In this document: one piece after another, positions 53,134 through 63,103 of the stretch | How positions within the stretch are numbered: position 1 is the stretch's first letter | Layout: the number at the start of each line of letters is the position of its first letter | IMG/VR virus record: IMGVR_UViG_3300036770_005682 | Location: 64,001-128,000 of that record | From: a virus | Length of the DNA: 64,000 nucleotides | Direction: 5' to 3' (one strand) | Position numbers and translations under genes: made by a program | Notes under the pieces: generated by a model | What the model saw: the letters and a program-made list of their open reading frames with translations, nothing else | Databases searched by the model: none | What the model was told of the DNA's origin: nothing

Positions 53134-54881
53134 TACTTCCTACCCCCGGTGGTAGCTACAGAAACATTAGCTAATCCCACAGTAGATAATACAACACTTA
53201 CAGTCACTATGGCGCGACGCGCGCCAACAGAAACCACGGAACCAGTTGGTACATAGGTGTCAAACTGTCCGCCGTATACGTTGATTTCTTCCTCGAAGGC
53301 TGCCCTAACCTCCTCGGGCGCAGACTGGACTGCTTCAATTATTTGTTCGGCTTGTTCTTCCGTAAGTTCTTCAACCGGAATGGCTGCAAAAACCTCAGCA
53401 GCCTGCTCTTCCGAGAGAGCCTGTACAACTTCGGTGCTAGTTGCCAACTCCAGAGCAACTTCATCTGATATTGCTTCTTCTTCAATAAGTTTGGTAAGTA
53501 TTGCATCAATCTGTTCCTCGCTAGCGTCCCCCGATAAGAGAACGTCAACAGCAGCAGATATGTTTTCGTCTGTAATCGGCTCATTTAGTAAGTCATCTAC
53601 CGCGTTTTGTATTTGGACCGCTTTTTCTTCATCTTCGTTGTCTGGCGCTGGTTCAGGTAACGGAGTCTGCGGACTCGGCTCAACAGGTGCCTCCTGTGTA
53701 GTCGTTGGTGTAATTATAGGTTCTGGCTCAGTAGTGGTAGTGGTAATAGGTTTTAGAGAACTCGTAGTAGACGGAATAGTTGTTGGGGTATCTGTCGTAG
53801 TTGGTTCTTGAGTAACTACCGGAGCCTCTGTAGTAGTTGGCTCAGGCGCGACAGTAGTTGTGGTTGTTTCTGGGGCAACAGTGCTAGTGGTTGTACTAGT
53901 AGTGGTGGTAGTACTGGTGGTAGTTGTACTGGTGGTAGTTGTACTGGTGGTGGTGGTGATTACACCCCCTGAATATTCAAGAACAATGTAAAGTCGTTTA
54001 TACGTCCCACCACATGGGTCGCCGAATATGGAATTATTAGAAGAAATTGTGGCAGACGATAAACCAATAAACGATTCAGATACTTGCTGTATCGTGTTTG
54101 TCGCGTGACATGGACCCTGCGTGAACTGTCCATTCAGTCCTTCGGGGTTGCCGTAGCTAGCAAAAACAACAGAGGTAAACGTCCCATTGTTTGGTGCCTC
54201 TATGAATAAATCCCAACCTTCATCTGCTTGCGCCCAAACCATATTGTCCGTCAATTGATAGGGAACATTGTCAACAGGGAAAACAGGAGCGGGCGGCGAA
54301 TAAGCGCATGGACGACCCCCTCCGCCACCAGAACATTCCTGCCATCCAATGTCCGATGTCCAGTTATTGGTCCCATTGAATTCCGTATTTTGGAGAAGTT
54401 CATCTCCGTCAACCGTGAGTGAAGCGGATTCAATTCTTGTTCCGTAGTTACCGGCCCAAAATTCCCCATCGCTTCCGTATATCGAAACCCTGACAGTCGC
54501 TACAGCAGACCAACCTGCGTCGCCAACTCCGTTTTTATCAACAGTCAATGAAAAATCAGAAAAAACAGTCGAATCAACAGAGATATTCCCAGTTGAGTGT
54601 TGGTATATAAGTCCGCCACCTTGCCCGTAGAGCAATATGCCGATATTTAGTACGTCTGAAGATGGTTTCCAGTCCTGTGTTTCAGAAGCACTGACTTTTA
54701 GTTCTAACGTAGATTTGCCATTGAGGCTGGTGTACACATCCTGATATATGTTTGCACCCTGGAATCCAAACACAAAAACATTTCCGTCAAGAGCATGAGC
54801 TGTCCTGGGGATTGCTGAAACTGATATCCATGCGCACAATGTCAACAGAATCCAAATACCTCGAATACTGCGCAATCGCAT
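53133..54881 (-). CDS. Membrane-anchored lectin-like protein (FBA-like and SUEL/Gal_Lectin domains, mucin-like stalk)
   Basis: GSDGEFWAGNYG; VFASYGNP...CHA...FGDPCGGTYKRL; poly-Thr; C-terminal hydrophobic segment. Confidence 0.72.
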   Translation of the reverse strand: MRLRSIRGIWILLTLCAWISVSAIPRTAHALDGNVFVFGFQGANIYQDVYTSLNGKSTLELKVSASETQDWKPSSDVLNIGILLYGQGGGLIYQHSTGNISVDSTVFSDFSLTVDKNGVGDAGWSAVATVRVSIYGSDGEFWAGNYGTRIESASLTVDGDELLQNTEFNGTNNWTSDIGWQECSGGGGGRPCAYSPPAPVFPVDNVPYQLTDNMVWAQADEGWDLFIEAPNNGTFTSVVFASYGNPEGLNGQFTQGPCHATNTIQQVSESFIGLSSATISSNNSIFGDPCGGTYKRLYIVLEYSGGVITTTTSTTTTSTTTTSTTTTTSTTTSTVAPETTTTTVAPEPTTTEAPVVTQEPTTTDTPTTIPSTTSSLKPITTTTTEPEPIITPTTTQEAPVEPSPQTPLPEPAPDNEDEEKAVQIQNAVDDLLNEPITDENISAAVDVLLSGDASEEQIDAILTKLIEEEAISDEVALELATSTEVVQALSEEQAAEVFAAIPVEELTEEQAEQIIEAVQSAPEEVRAAFEEEINVYGGQFDTYVPTGSVVSVGARRAIVTVSVVLSTVGLANVSVATTGGRK

Positions 54882-54977
54882 TACACCTCCAGACTAGCTA
54901 ATTTTATCATTAGCCAGCATGGCTAATGGGGTCATTCTTTCGTTGTATAATTAGCAAAACGCGTTTAGTGAGGTGCA

Positions 54978-55859
54978 ATGACTCTTCAGGTATTTACAGC
55001 TGGGCAAACACTTACCGCAGCACAGATGAATACGCTGCAGGCAAGTACTTACAACTATCCACTGTCAACAGTTTCAGGAACAACTTATACAGTTGAATCC
55101 GATGACGTGGGCCATATTTTGGTTTTTACAAGCAATGCCAACCCGGTGACAGTAACTGTTCCAGCAAGCTTGAGCATTAACAATGGCGACTCAATAGAAA
55201 TTGTTTATGGAGGGACTGGCTCGTTGTCAATTAGCGGCGCAGTCGGGGTGACAATCAATTCAGAGGGCTCTCTTACTTCCATCAGCAGCAGATGGGGAAG
55301 GGTGTCGCTGGTAAAAACCGCCGCCGATACTTACCTGCTTTCATGGATGACATCAATCACGGAAGCCGAAATATCTGCTGGCTCAGTAACCGAAGGGAAA
55401 ATTGGTACTGGAGCAGTAACATCAGCAAAACTTGGCTCAGACCTAGACCTCAATGGCACAACAGAAATTGACGAAATTGTAGAGACGGTTGTTATAAATG
55501 AAACTGCCTTGACGGGGACGGTAAACATCGATGCCAAAAGCGGCGCTGTTCATTACTTCACGTCGAATTCATCAGCCAACTGGACATGGAACTTTAGGGG
55601 CGATGGTTCAACAACTCTTAACTCAATGTTAGATACAGGCCAATCAATGACATTTGCTTTATTTGCCACAAATGGTGCTAATGCATACAAGCCAACGTCC
55701 TTAACCGTCGATACAACAGGAACGGTATCGGTGAAGTGGTTTGGGGGGAACTCGTATCCATCCGGCAATGCCAGCTCCGTTGATTGCTATACAGTTACAA
55801 TCGTTAAAACAGCAGCAGACACGTATACAGCATTTGCTAGCCAATCAAAGTTTGCGTAG
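54978..55859 (+). CDS. Tail fibre/virion structural protein
   Basis: FTAGQTLTAAQMN start; VTEGKIGTGAVTSAKL repeats; VKWFGG..P...D.Y C-terminus. Confidence 0.75.
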   Translation: MTLQVFTAGQTLTAAQMNTLQASTYNYPLSTVSGTTYTVESDDVGHILVFTSNANPVTVTVPASLSINNGDSIEIVYGGTGSLSISGAVGVTINSEGSLTSISSRWGRVSLVKTAADTYLLSWMTSITEAEISAGSVTEGKIGTGAVTSAKLGSDLDLNGTTEIDEIVETVVINETALTGTVNIDAKSGAVHYFTSNSSANWTWNFRGDGSTTLNSMLDTGQSMTFALFATNGANAYKPTSLTVDTTGTVSVKWFGGNSYPSGNASSVDCYTVTIVKTAADTYTAFASQSKFA

Positions 55860-55865
55860 GTAATC

Positions 55866-57071
55866 ATGCCGTTTCTTGGAGGACGCGGACAGTCATCTAG
55901 GGGTTATTTCGGTGGTGGAACAACGCCTGACGCCCCTACCTCATTGTCCTCGACTGCCGGCGACCAGCAGCTATTCATAGCATTTACCGCCCCAGCGTTC
56001 AATGGCGGCCTTGATATAACCAACTACGAATATGCCATATCGTCCAACGGCGGTTCGACATACAGCGTGTGGACACCGATATCTCCTCCAGACACAACGT
56101 CGCCAGTAACAATTCCAGGCTTAATAAACGGCACCACATATTACGTTAAATTGCGTGCAGTAAACTCTCTTGGTGGCGGCGTTGAATCCGCTGCACTGAG
56201 CACCAACACAACTCCATACACAGTCCCATCAAGCCCCACTGTCACAAAAACAGCAGACACAGATACCACAGTTACGTGGACATGGTCGTCCAACGGTAAC
56301 GGCGGAAATGCAATTACACAGTGGGGATATAGTCTATCTACAGACAATGGGGCCACATGGGGAGCAGAAACAGTAGTCGGCGCAGGAACTACAACATTTA
56401 GCAAGACCATTCAAAGCGGCTCTACGTATGATACGAGTAGCTACCTTCTTAGGGCTAGGGCTTACAACGCTGCAGAATGGGGTCCATATGGGCAGGCAGC
56501 GTCGCAGTCTGTTCCATGGGTCTACGAAACGCGCAATACAGTCGAGACGGACACTAGCTGTACAGATGGAAGCTGTTCTTCAACATCGTCGACTTCACGC
56601 TCGTGTGGAACATGCGGTACAGAGTCTGGAACAACAACCGGCACAAGAACAAGAAGCAGAACTCGCACTAACGTAGAATACAGATACACAAAAACTGGAT
56701 ACACGGCATCCGCATGGGAGGTTTCAACGTATGGCGAGTGGTCTGCATACACATACACTGATTGGTCTTACTCGACATCCTGGAGTGGAACATGTACCGA
56801 AAGTGGATGCGGCGGTGCGGGATGGACAAATGTCGGTTCAGAATATCATGGACAGTACGTCACTGCTAGCGGCTTAACTCTATTTATCACATACTGGGAC
56901 CTCGATGCAAACAATACTGGCCCAACTGGATACGGTGGTTCAATCCAGAACGGATGTAGCGAGTCTACGCCATCTGGATACACTCAGGCCGTTTACTACC
57001 TCTACAGATGCACAGCAACTGGAGCACTATGCTTCTCCTATGCTGGATGCTGGGCTGTACCGGACACATAA
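55866..57071 (+). CDS. Fibronectin type III repeat virion protein with Cys/Trp-rich C-terminus
   Basis: PDAPT...NGGLDITNYEY...LINGTTYYVKLRAVN; second FN3; Cys/Trp-rich tail. Confidence 0.8.
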   Translation: MPFLGGRGQSSRGYFGGGTTPDAPTSLSSTAGDQQLFIAFTAPAFNGGLDITNYEYAISSNGGSTYSVWTPISPPDTTSPVTIPGLINGTTYYVKLRAVNSLGGGVESAALSTNTTPYTVPSSPTVTKTADTDTTVTWTWSSNGNGGNAITQWGYSLSTDNGATWGAETVVGAGTTTFSKTIQSGSTYDTSSYLLRARAYNAAEWGPYGQAASQSVPWVYETRNTVETDTSCTDGSCSSTSSTSRSCGTCGTESGTTTGTRTRSRTRTNVEYRYTKTGYTASAWEVSTYGEWSAYTYTDWSYSTSWSGTCTESGCGGAGWTNVGSEYHGQYVTASGLTLFITYWDLDANNTGPTGYGGSIQNGCSESTPSGYTQAVYYLYRCTATGALCFSYAGCWAVPDT

Positions 57072-57081
57072 AGGAACATGA

Positions 57082-57666
57082 ATGTCGCAAACCTCGAATA
57101 AAGAGATGCTCAGGCTAACTGGATTCCCTAGGAGCGGGAACAAGTTTGTCATATCCGCAGTAAAGCTTCTTTACTTCCCAGAGCTAGACCATAATTCTAC
57201 ATACCACTCACCAGATGGTGTATTTTCTAATACGGAATATCCTAATTTATTCGTTGTTAGAAATCCAAAAGATGCAGTTTCATCCTGGGTGTATCATGCG
57301 CGACACAATATGGGGGAGAGGAATAACCCCAACTACGCGCCACCTGGTTCCCTTTTGTTTTATGAATCATTTCTGTTGGCAGCCCTAAACAATATAGAAA
57401 ATGTCTGCATATTGTCATTCGACAGCTTTACTAACGATATTGAATACATAAAACAAAGAATAAACAATGCTTTCATGATTGAAAATACTGGCGAAGCAAC
57501 GGTGCAAGATGTAAAAGACTATATGACAACTAATTCGATGGAACTAAGCTTGCCCTCAGACGCAGACCTAACAGGGCTAAGAATTGAAACAGAGTCAGAC
57601 CCCGAATATGCAAGAATATACAGCCTGTATCAAGACATTATAGAAGCACACGACATTCAGGGCTAG
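57082..57666 (+). CDS. Sulfotransferase-like protein
   Basis: GFPRSGNKF 5'-PSB-like loop; VVRNPKDAVSSW 3'-PB motif. Confidence 0.7.
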   Translation: MSQTSNKEMLRLTGFPRSGNKFVISAVKLLYFPELDHNSTYHSPDGVFSNTEYPNLFVVRNPKDAVSSWVYHARHNMGERNNPNYAPPGSLLFYESFLLAALNNIENVCILSFDSFTNDIEYIKQRINNAFMIENTGEATVQDVKDYMTTNSMELSLPSDADLTGLRIETESDPEYARIYSLYQDIIEAHDIQG

Positions 57667-57927
57667 TTACCATTTCCCAATTGGGCAAGTTGCACCAAGA
57701 AGTGTGGTTTTTAAGTTCATAAAGCACCCACACTCTTTACATCTAGACGATTCACTGATGAAGTGCTCACATTCAGTACATATGGCAAAACGTTCATCTT
57801 GCACCTCTTTGCTCGCGTAGGTTGTCAGTGGGTTAACGAAACTAAGCGGTGTGACACCATTTTTTAAGTGTTTTTGTAGTTTTTCTTGCTTCCACTTTTC
57901 CCAAAACGAAATGTCCATAAATGCCAT
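57667..57927 (-). CDS. Small Cys-rich protein (DUF6171-like)
   Basis: R..IC..C...C.ECGCFM..KT....CPIGKW. Confidence 0.75.
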   Translation of the reverse strand: MAFMDISFWEKWKQEKLQKHLKNGVTPLSFVNPLTTYASKEVQDERFAICTECEHFISESSRCKECGCFMNLKTTLLGATCPIGKW

Positions 57928-57975
57928 TTACTCCACTGGATTCCGATATTATTGACGTACTGACGAAAGGTTATC

Positions 57976-58728
57976 ATGATAGTTCTAGTAATTGGATTGC
58001 CGGGGTCTGGTAAAACAGCACTTGCAGAGCAGCTATCAAAGCGGACAAATTCTGTTCACCTAAACGGAGACGACGTCAGGTCTGAACTGAGTTCAGACTT
58101 AGGATTTTCTCACGAGGACAGACTTGAGCAGGCCAGAAGAATGGGTTCCATGGCCAGAATATTGGAACGCCAGGGACTTGACGTAGTCGTAGACTTCGTA
58201 TGTCCTACTAACGAAACTCGCCTATCTTTTGGACATGCAGACCACATCTTGTGGGTAGACAGAATCGATAAAAGTAGATATGAAGACACCAATTTAATGT
58301 GGGAAAATCCTTCTTCTTACACTCTTCGCATAAAACACGGCTTATCGATAGAAGACGAGGTTCATGCGTCTATTTCTGCTTGCGGGATGTTTGACTGGCG
58401 CAAGCCTACGACGCTAATGCTTGGAAGATACCAGCCGTGGCATGAAGGACACGATGCATTGCTGCAGGAATCTCAAAAAAATGGTGGACAGCATGTGCTG
58501 GCAGTACGCGATACGTACCAAACATCGGTAAAAGACCCATTTGATTATGAATTTGTTAAGTCGAAAATTCTGGAATCTCGCCCTGAAGCTTTTGTTATAA
58601 AAATGCCAAACATTACGAAAATAGTATATGGACGAGATGTCGGGTATTCAATAGAAAAAATTTCCCTTGATGAAAAGACGGAATCAATCTCAGCAACAGA
58701 CAAACGCAAAGAGATGGGGATAATCTAA
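57976..58728 (+). CDS. cysC: Adenylylsulfate kinase fused to an HxGH nucleotidyltransferase domain
   Basis: GLPGSGKT; LNGDDVR..LSSDLGFSHEDRLEQARR; GRYQPWHEGH. Confidence 0.8.
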   Translation: MIVLVIGLPGSGKTALAEQLSKRTNSVHLNGDDVRSELSSDLGFSHEDRLEQARRMGSMARILERQGLDVVVDFVCPTNETRLSFGHADHILWVDRIDKSRYEDTNLMWENPSSYTLRIKHGLSIEDEVHASISACGMFDWRKPTTLMLGRYQPWHEGHDALLQESQKNGGQHVLAVRDTYQTSVKDPFDYEFVKSKILESRPEAFVIKMPNITKIVYGRDVGYSIEKISLDEKTESISATDKRKEMGII

Positions 58729-58944
58729 ATGGCCAAAGAAGCTCGCCCGTGGGACTTATTTAAACGTAGCACTCAGTATGTATCAGATGAGATTCAAGAA
58801 GCACGTTATTCAATTTGTGAGAACTGCGAGTTCTTCAGACATTCGACACGCCAGTGCCGCAAGTGTGGATGCTTCATGCATATCAAGACAACTATGGCTC
58901 ATGCAGAGTGCCCGATAGGCAAATGGTCAGCCGTTAATCTGTAA
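58729..58944 (+). CDS. Small Cys-rich protein (DUF6171-like), paralog of 57667..57927
   Basis: RYSICENC...CRKCGCFMHIKT...CPIGKW. Confidence 0.75.
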   Translation: MAKEARPWDLFKRSTQYVSDEIQEARYSICENCEFFRHSTRQCRKCGCFMHIKTTMAHAECPIGKWSAVNL

Positions 58945-59638
58945 AAAGATACTTGCCTTGCGGCGTATCGTCTGTGTCTGCCACGAAATCGAGAACACGT
59001 TTTTCTGAGTATAGAAATGAACTAATGATTAGTTTGGGCCCAGATATGGGTATTCGCGCCTCGTGAGGGTGCGTCCAGTTTGCCGGGAATATTGCGATGC
59101 GTCCTTTTTTGGGTTTCACTAATACGTTCTGATACCTAAAAGCTGTTTCGCCGCCCTCTATTACGTCGTTCATATACATAACAACACCCGCAACTCGACC
59201 ATTGTTGTGTTGATTATCGTTCCATGGGTCTCCATCTATGTGTTCTTTGTACATCCCGACTTTTGGCTCATACCACTGCCACTGATACCCACTATCAAAT
59301 ATCCCTGGGGAGTAATTGAGCCAGTCATAAATCCGCATGTACTCAGAGACACAAGCATGAAACGGGTCGTATATGGCTGAACACAACCCGTCGTACTCCA
59401 TACGTTCTGACGAATAATCGTTGTCTTTGAATCTAAATTCTTCTGTCCATTTTACGGATGGGTCCGTACCGCCGATTGTGTAACCACCAACAGCTAAGTC
59501 TCTGTGTGTCTCAAAAAAATCAAAAATTGCGTCACAAAGGTTTGCGGGTAACGCGTTATCAAAAATAACTATTCCGCCACCATGGCCAGCTGGCATATCA
59601 ACAGAGATATTTACTTCTTCTTGAATTTTTGTTTCCAA
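58934..59638 (-). CDS. 2OG-Fe(II) oxygenase (prolyl 4-hydroxylase-like)
   Basis: HID...YMNDVIEGGET.F...FPANWTHPH...K. Confidence 0.88.
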   Translation of the reverse strand: METKIQEEVNISVDMPAGHGGGIVIFDNALPANLCDAIFDFFETHRDLAVGGYTIGGTDPSVKWTEEFRFKDNDYSSERMEYDGLCSAIYDPFHACVSEYMRIYDWLNYSPGIFDSGYQWQWYEPKVGMYKEHIDGDPWNDNQHNNGRVAGVVMYMNDVIEGGETAFRYQNVLVKPKKGRIAIFPANWTHPHEARIPISGPKLIISSFLYSEKRVLDFVADTDDTPQGKYLFTD

Positions 59639-60438
59639 TTTTTTGTTCCTTCTTCTTGCTGTCGCAATTCTTCATCAATTTTGGCTTTTTCTTGGCGGTA
59701 AGATTTTCCAGCATCAGACCTGTCGCCAACAAGATGGCCTATAGGCATAATGTATCCAGAACCAAGCCCTCTACCTGTCGCTAGTTTAAATTTGTCTTCG
59801 CTTTCAAATATTATTTCAGTTAGTTCAGGAGAGCGTTTAAAAGGAATGATGCGCGCTATCGGCGTATTCCATTTTATTACAAAGGGCTGGTCTCCCTTAA
59901 GGTTAAGAACAATATTTGCATTGTGATAAAAATCTGTATGCACAACTGCTGGCAAAACGTCGTAGTGCTCATTTGGCTCATACGGAATAGGCATAATTAT
60001 AGATGACCAACCTGGTGCTGTGATGAAGCACCAAGGGTTGACCAGTTTTGGGTATTCGCTGTTTTCTATTTTTCGCACGCTTGTCATTGGGCATGCTCCA
60101 GTTGATTCATATGAGAAAGGGCTATTTTCGAACTTTAGCGGTTCTGTTGAAAAATCCCCCATAGCGAATTCCCATCCAAGCCCTATCGGTGATGGCCTGA
60201 AATGAACATTTGTCCACATCGGTATCGTGACACCCATTGTGAGCAAATCCTGTGTACCTGCACATTTTCTAATAGAGCCTTTATGTTTACCGGCTGACTT
60301 GAACCATCCAGGCAAATTGACCATTGAATTGATGTATGGTGCGGCATCAAATAGACGTTCGTCTTCTGGAACTATGACTATTTGCCCAGGCTTTGGTTTT
60401 GTTATTTTTGAATAACCTTTGTTACTGCCGAATTTCAT
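59611..60438 (-). CDS. Conserved phage protein typical of 2OG-oxygenase clusters (dUTPase-like fold, tentative)
   Basis: LPGWFK...IRKC...KLVNPW..ITAPGWS...VVHTD...TPIARIIPFKR. Confidence 0.65.
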   Translation of the reverse strand: MKFGSNKGYSKITKPKPGQIVIVPEDERLFDAAPYINSMVNLPGWFKSAGKHKGSIRKCAGTQDLLTMGVTIPMWTNVHFRPSPIGLGWEFAMGDFSTEPLKFENSPFSYESTGACPMTSVRKIENSEYPKLVNPWCFITAPGWSSIIMPIPYEPNEHYDVLPAVVHTDFYHNANIVLNLKGDQPFVIKWNTPIARIIPFKRSPELTEIIFESEDKFKLATGRGLGSGYIMPIGHLVGDRSDAGKSYRQEKAKIDEELRQQEEGTKNWKQKFKKK

Positions 60439-61897
60439 TGAGCGCCTCTGCATGGTCTACCAATTCATGGTTGTATCGTCCAAGCCTGAATTCGGACATG
60501 TCTTTCGAAACCATAACCCGTATATCTAGTCTGTCTATCGCCCGGGATGCTACCGCTTCGTTCAGCACGCCCTGGCCCTGGGCAACATGGAACATGTGTG
60601 GCCCCAGAAACATCTCTCCATGAATATGTGAGTAATCGTTTCTTGTTGGTGGACGCTCTTGCCATAGCTCGAGCATTTCGGCAAGTGAGTCATTGACTTT
60701 TGCGTTTTTAGAAGCCACCCAAAATTCTGAGTTAGTTTTGTCAGTGTAATAGTGCAACCTAATCATTGACAAAATATTGTCCATCATGATGGATATCGTC
60801 TTGTTGTAGTGCTTCTGTGATGCAGTGTGCACTTTGTCGTATGTTGCAAGATACGGTATCAAAAGTTTTATTTGTTGAATTGTTGAGCCGATGCTTGTTG
60901 CCTCAAGCGGCTCTACAAAGCCTGAAGCAAGACCTACGGCGACGCAGTTTTTCACCCATTGTTGCTCGAGGTAACCGGGGTCAAATTTAAAAACGCGCGG
61001 TGACGTTGGCTCCACTCCAACCATATCTGCGGCTTCACTGATTGCTTTTTCATCTGAAATAAAGCCAGATGAATAAACGTACCCATTACCCCGACGTTCC
61101 TGTGTTGGGATTTCCCATATCCATCCAGCGCTGGCTGCCCGTGCTCTCGTATATGACTTGATTTTTCCTGATGGGTCCGATGCTGTCGGGAAAGCAATTG
61201 CAGAATCGCACAATAGGTATTCTGAGAAGCTGACCCAATTTGCATCTGATATTTTGGATATCAGAGTTCTAGAAAAACCAGAAGCATCAACCCAAAAATC
61301 AGCTTGAAGCGTTAGTCCATCTGTGGTTTTTACTTCCGTGATTGTCCCATGCTCTGGTTCGACTAGGCAATCTTCAACCTCTCCGTCAACCATTTTGATT
61401 GCCCTACTGAAGCACAGTTCGATAAAAAATGCATTCAATTTGAAAGTATCAAAATGAAACTGGTTCACATTGTTGTGAAGATTGTGTCTCTGTACTTTGT
61501 CTTGTATGAGGCCAGCAGATGACGTTTGACTGGTGATGCTTCTTCCAGATTCAAGTATCCCCATGTAGGTGGCATAATGCCCCCACGCAAAAACATTTTC
61601 GTCTCCAGTGACGCTGTGGAAATAGTCAGGGAAAGCGTTCGACCACCCCTCAAAACGTATCCCATATTTATGCGTGGCTGCAGTCTTGCTTAATAAATCA
61701 GCCAGCGGTATGTCGCATACCTGCATAAACTGCTTCCAGTGCTCCGTGCTTCCCTCTCCAACGCCAACTATTCCAATCTTGCTAGAAGACAAAATAGTTA
61801 TTTCAGCACGTGGGAAGGCGCGTCTAAGCATTAAGGCCGAAATAAGGCCAGCTGTTCCGGAGCCAATTATTCCAATAGAAAACTTTTCTCTATTCAT
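60422..61897 (-). CDS. Flavin-dependent tryptophan halogenase family protein
   Basis: GSGTAG, VGVGEGST, K.GIRF..W, WIWEIP, GFVEPLEATSI. Confidence 0.9.
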   Translation of the reverse strand: MNREKFSIGIIGSGTAGLISALMLRRAFPRAEITILSSSKIGIVGVGEGSTEHWKQFMQVCDIPLADLLSKTAATHKYGIRFEGWSNAFPDYFHSVTGDENVFAWGHYATYMGILESGRSITSQTSSAGLIQDKVQRHNLHNNVNQFHFDTFKLNAFFIELCFSRAIKMVDGEVEDCLVEPEHGTITEVKTTDGLTLQADFWVDASGFSRTLISKISDANWVSFSEYLLCDSAIAFPTASDPSGKIKSYTRARAASAGWIWEIPTQERRGNGYVYSSGFISDEKAISEAADMVGVEPTSPRVFKFDPGYLEQQWVKNCVAVGLASGFVEPLEATSIGSTIQQIKLLIPYLATYDKVHTASQKHYNKTISIMMDNILSMIRLHYYTDKTNSEFWVASKNAKVNDSLAEMLELWQERPPTRNDYSHIHGEMFLGPHMFHVAQGQGVLNEAVASRAIDRLDIRVMVSKDMSEFRLGRYNHELVDHAEALNEIRQ

Positions 61898-61899
61898 GC

Positions 61900-62610
61900 T
61901 CAACGCTTTATGAGTGTGGTGACGGCAACAAAACCCTGTGCATGATAAATATCAAAGTCACCCCTATTTTTGATATTGAGATGTGTTTCTTTTGTAAAAG
62001 AATCGCCACCATACATTTCGCCTGCGATGCTCGACTCATTGATACACACAACGCCGCCAGGTTTAATTGAATCAAGAATCGTATTTAGGAGTGATTCATC
62101 GATAAGGGTCATGCCTCCAGAGATAAGACCAAAATCGTATTGTCTGTCGTCAATTTCATCGAAACCTATGACATTGAGGTTTGACCATTTTGATGTGTCA
62201 AGATACCTGTCCGCTAGAAGAAGTTGAAGGCTTGACGGCGTGTACACATTCTGGCTTGCGATACATGCCATATCTATTGCCGAAGCGAAGCCAATGACAA
62301 AACAATCAACAGGGTCGCACATTCTCAGGTGCATTTCAACTGGCGCTACAACAGACTTAATCATCGACCTGAATGCCGGCAACACAGGAATTGTGTAGTG
62401 GTAATAATCAGTAAGGACCCCAAGAATTCTGGAATCTACATTTCTAGAATTCCATATTTCGTTAACCGTATTGTAAAACTCTACAAAGCTATCCTCGTCT
62501 GGAAGAATACTCTCCTCACGGGATGCCACGGTGTGAAAATCCGTTACTTCTGCTGCTGCAATTGCTGCCTGTACAGCTGCAGGAACGTCGTTTGATGAAG
62601 TATCAGACAC
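61900..62610 (-). CDS. Possible SAM-dependent methyltransferase-fold protein
   Basis: YDFGLI...LDSIKPGGVVCI. Confidence 0.45.
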   Translation of the reverse strand: MSDTSSNDVPAAVQAAIAAAEVTDFHTVASREESILPDEDSFVEFYNTVNEIWNSRNVDSRILGVLTDYYHYTIPVLPAFRSMIKSVVAPVEMHLRMCDPVDCFVIGFASAIDMACIASQNVYTPSSLQLLLADRYLDTSKWSNLNVIGFDEIDDRQYDFGLISGGMTLIDESLLNTILDSIKPGGVVCINESSIAGEMYGGDSFTKETHLNIKNRGDFDIYHAQGFVAVTTLIKR

Positions 62611-62839
62611 CCTCCACCTCCAGGCCGCGCAACATTTCCACTATGTAAACAATTCTGCGCAATTCATATTTCAGACGTTTTTTGGTTGTTTGGGATACCG
62701 GGCATGAAGATATGGCATCCCTAACTTGTGTGTAATTTGAACTATCTGGAAGCACTGGCTCAATACCGGCTACAGAACAAATATATGTAGACCGGGACAG
62801 AATGTAGTCCATATGTTTTTCATGGTCGTAAAGGGGCAT
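62603..62839 (-). CDS. Hypothetical protein
   Basis: Resembles 63678..63908 (GIEP/GIDP). Confidence 0.55.
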   Translation of the reverse strand: MPLYDHEKHMDYILSRSTYICSVAGIEPVLPDSSNYTQVRDAISSCPVSQTTKKRLKYELRRIVYIVEMLRGLEVEGV

Positions 62840-62851
62840 GCGCCGATACTA

Positions 62852-63103
62852 TCAGTCGTCTTCCGACTCCATGGGAATGTACGGTGCTAGGGAATCGAGA
62901 CCCCAGCACCCGCTGATGCCAGCAGCGACGTCACTAGATAATCCATTTCCCCAATCAAGGATATATATTGACTGGAGCTCTCCTTCATTAAGTTGTGTGA
63001 CCGCTATCTCAGGACTGCCCTGTGGCAAGTTGCTCTGGTCTCCGACAAATATGCGGCTTTCTGTGTTTCGTGGAGAGGTCATATCGGAGAACTCCTGTAC
63101 CAA
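62852..63103 (-). CDS. Hypothetical protein
   Basis: ORF track. Confidence 0.45.
   Translation of the reverse strand: MVQEFSDMTSPRNTESRIFVGDQSNLPQGSPEIAVTQLNEGELQSIYILDWGNGLSSDVAAGISGCWGLDSLAPYIPMESEDD

Noticed and set aside
53690-53960. GTG/GTA-rich tandem repeats as a non-coding repeat or DGR-like element
   Set aside because: They encode the poly-Thr stalk of the lectin-like protein; no reverse transcriptase or TR/VR pair was seen.
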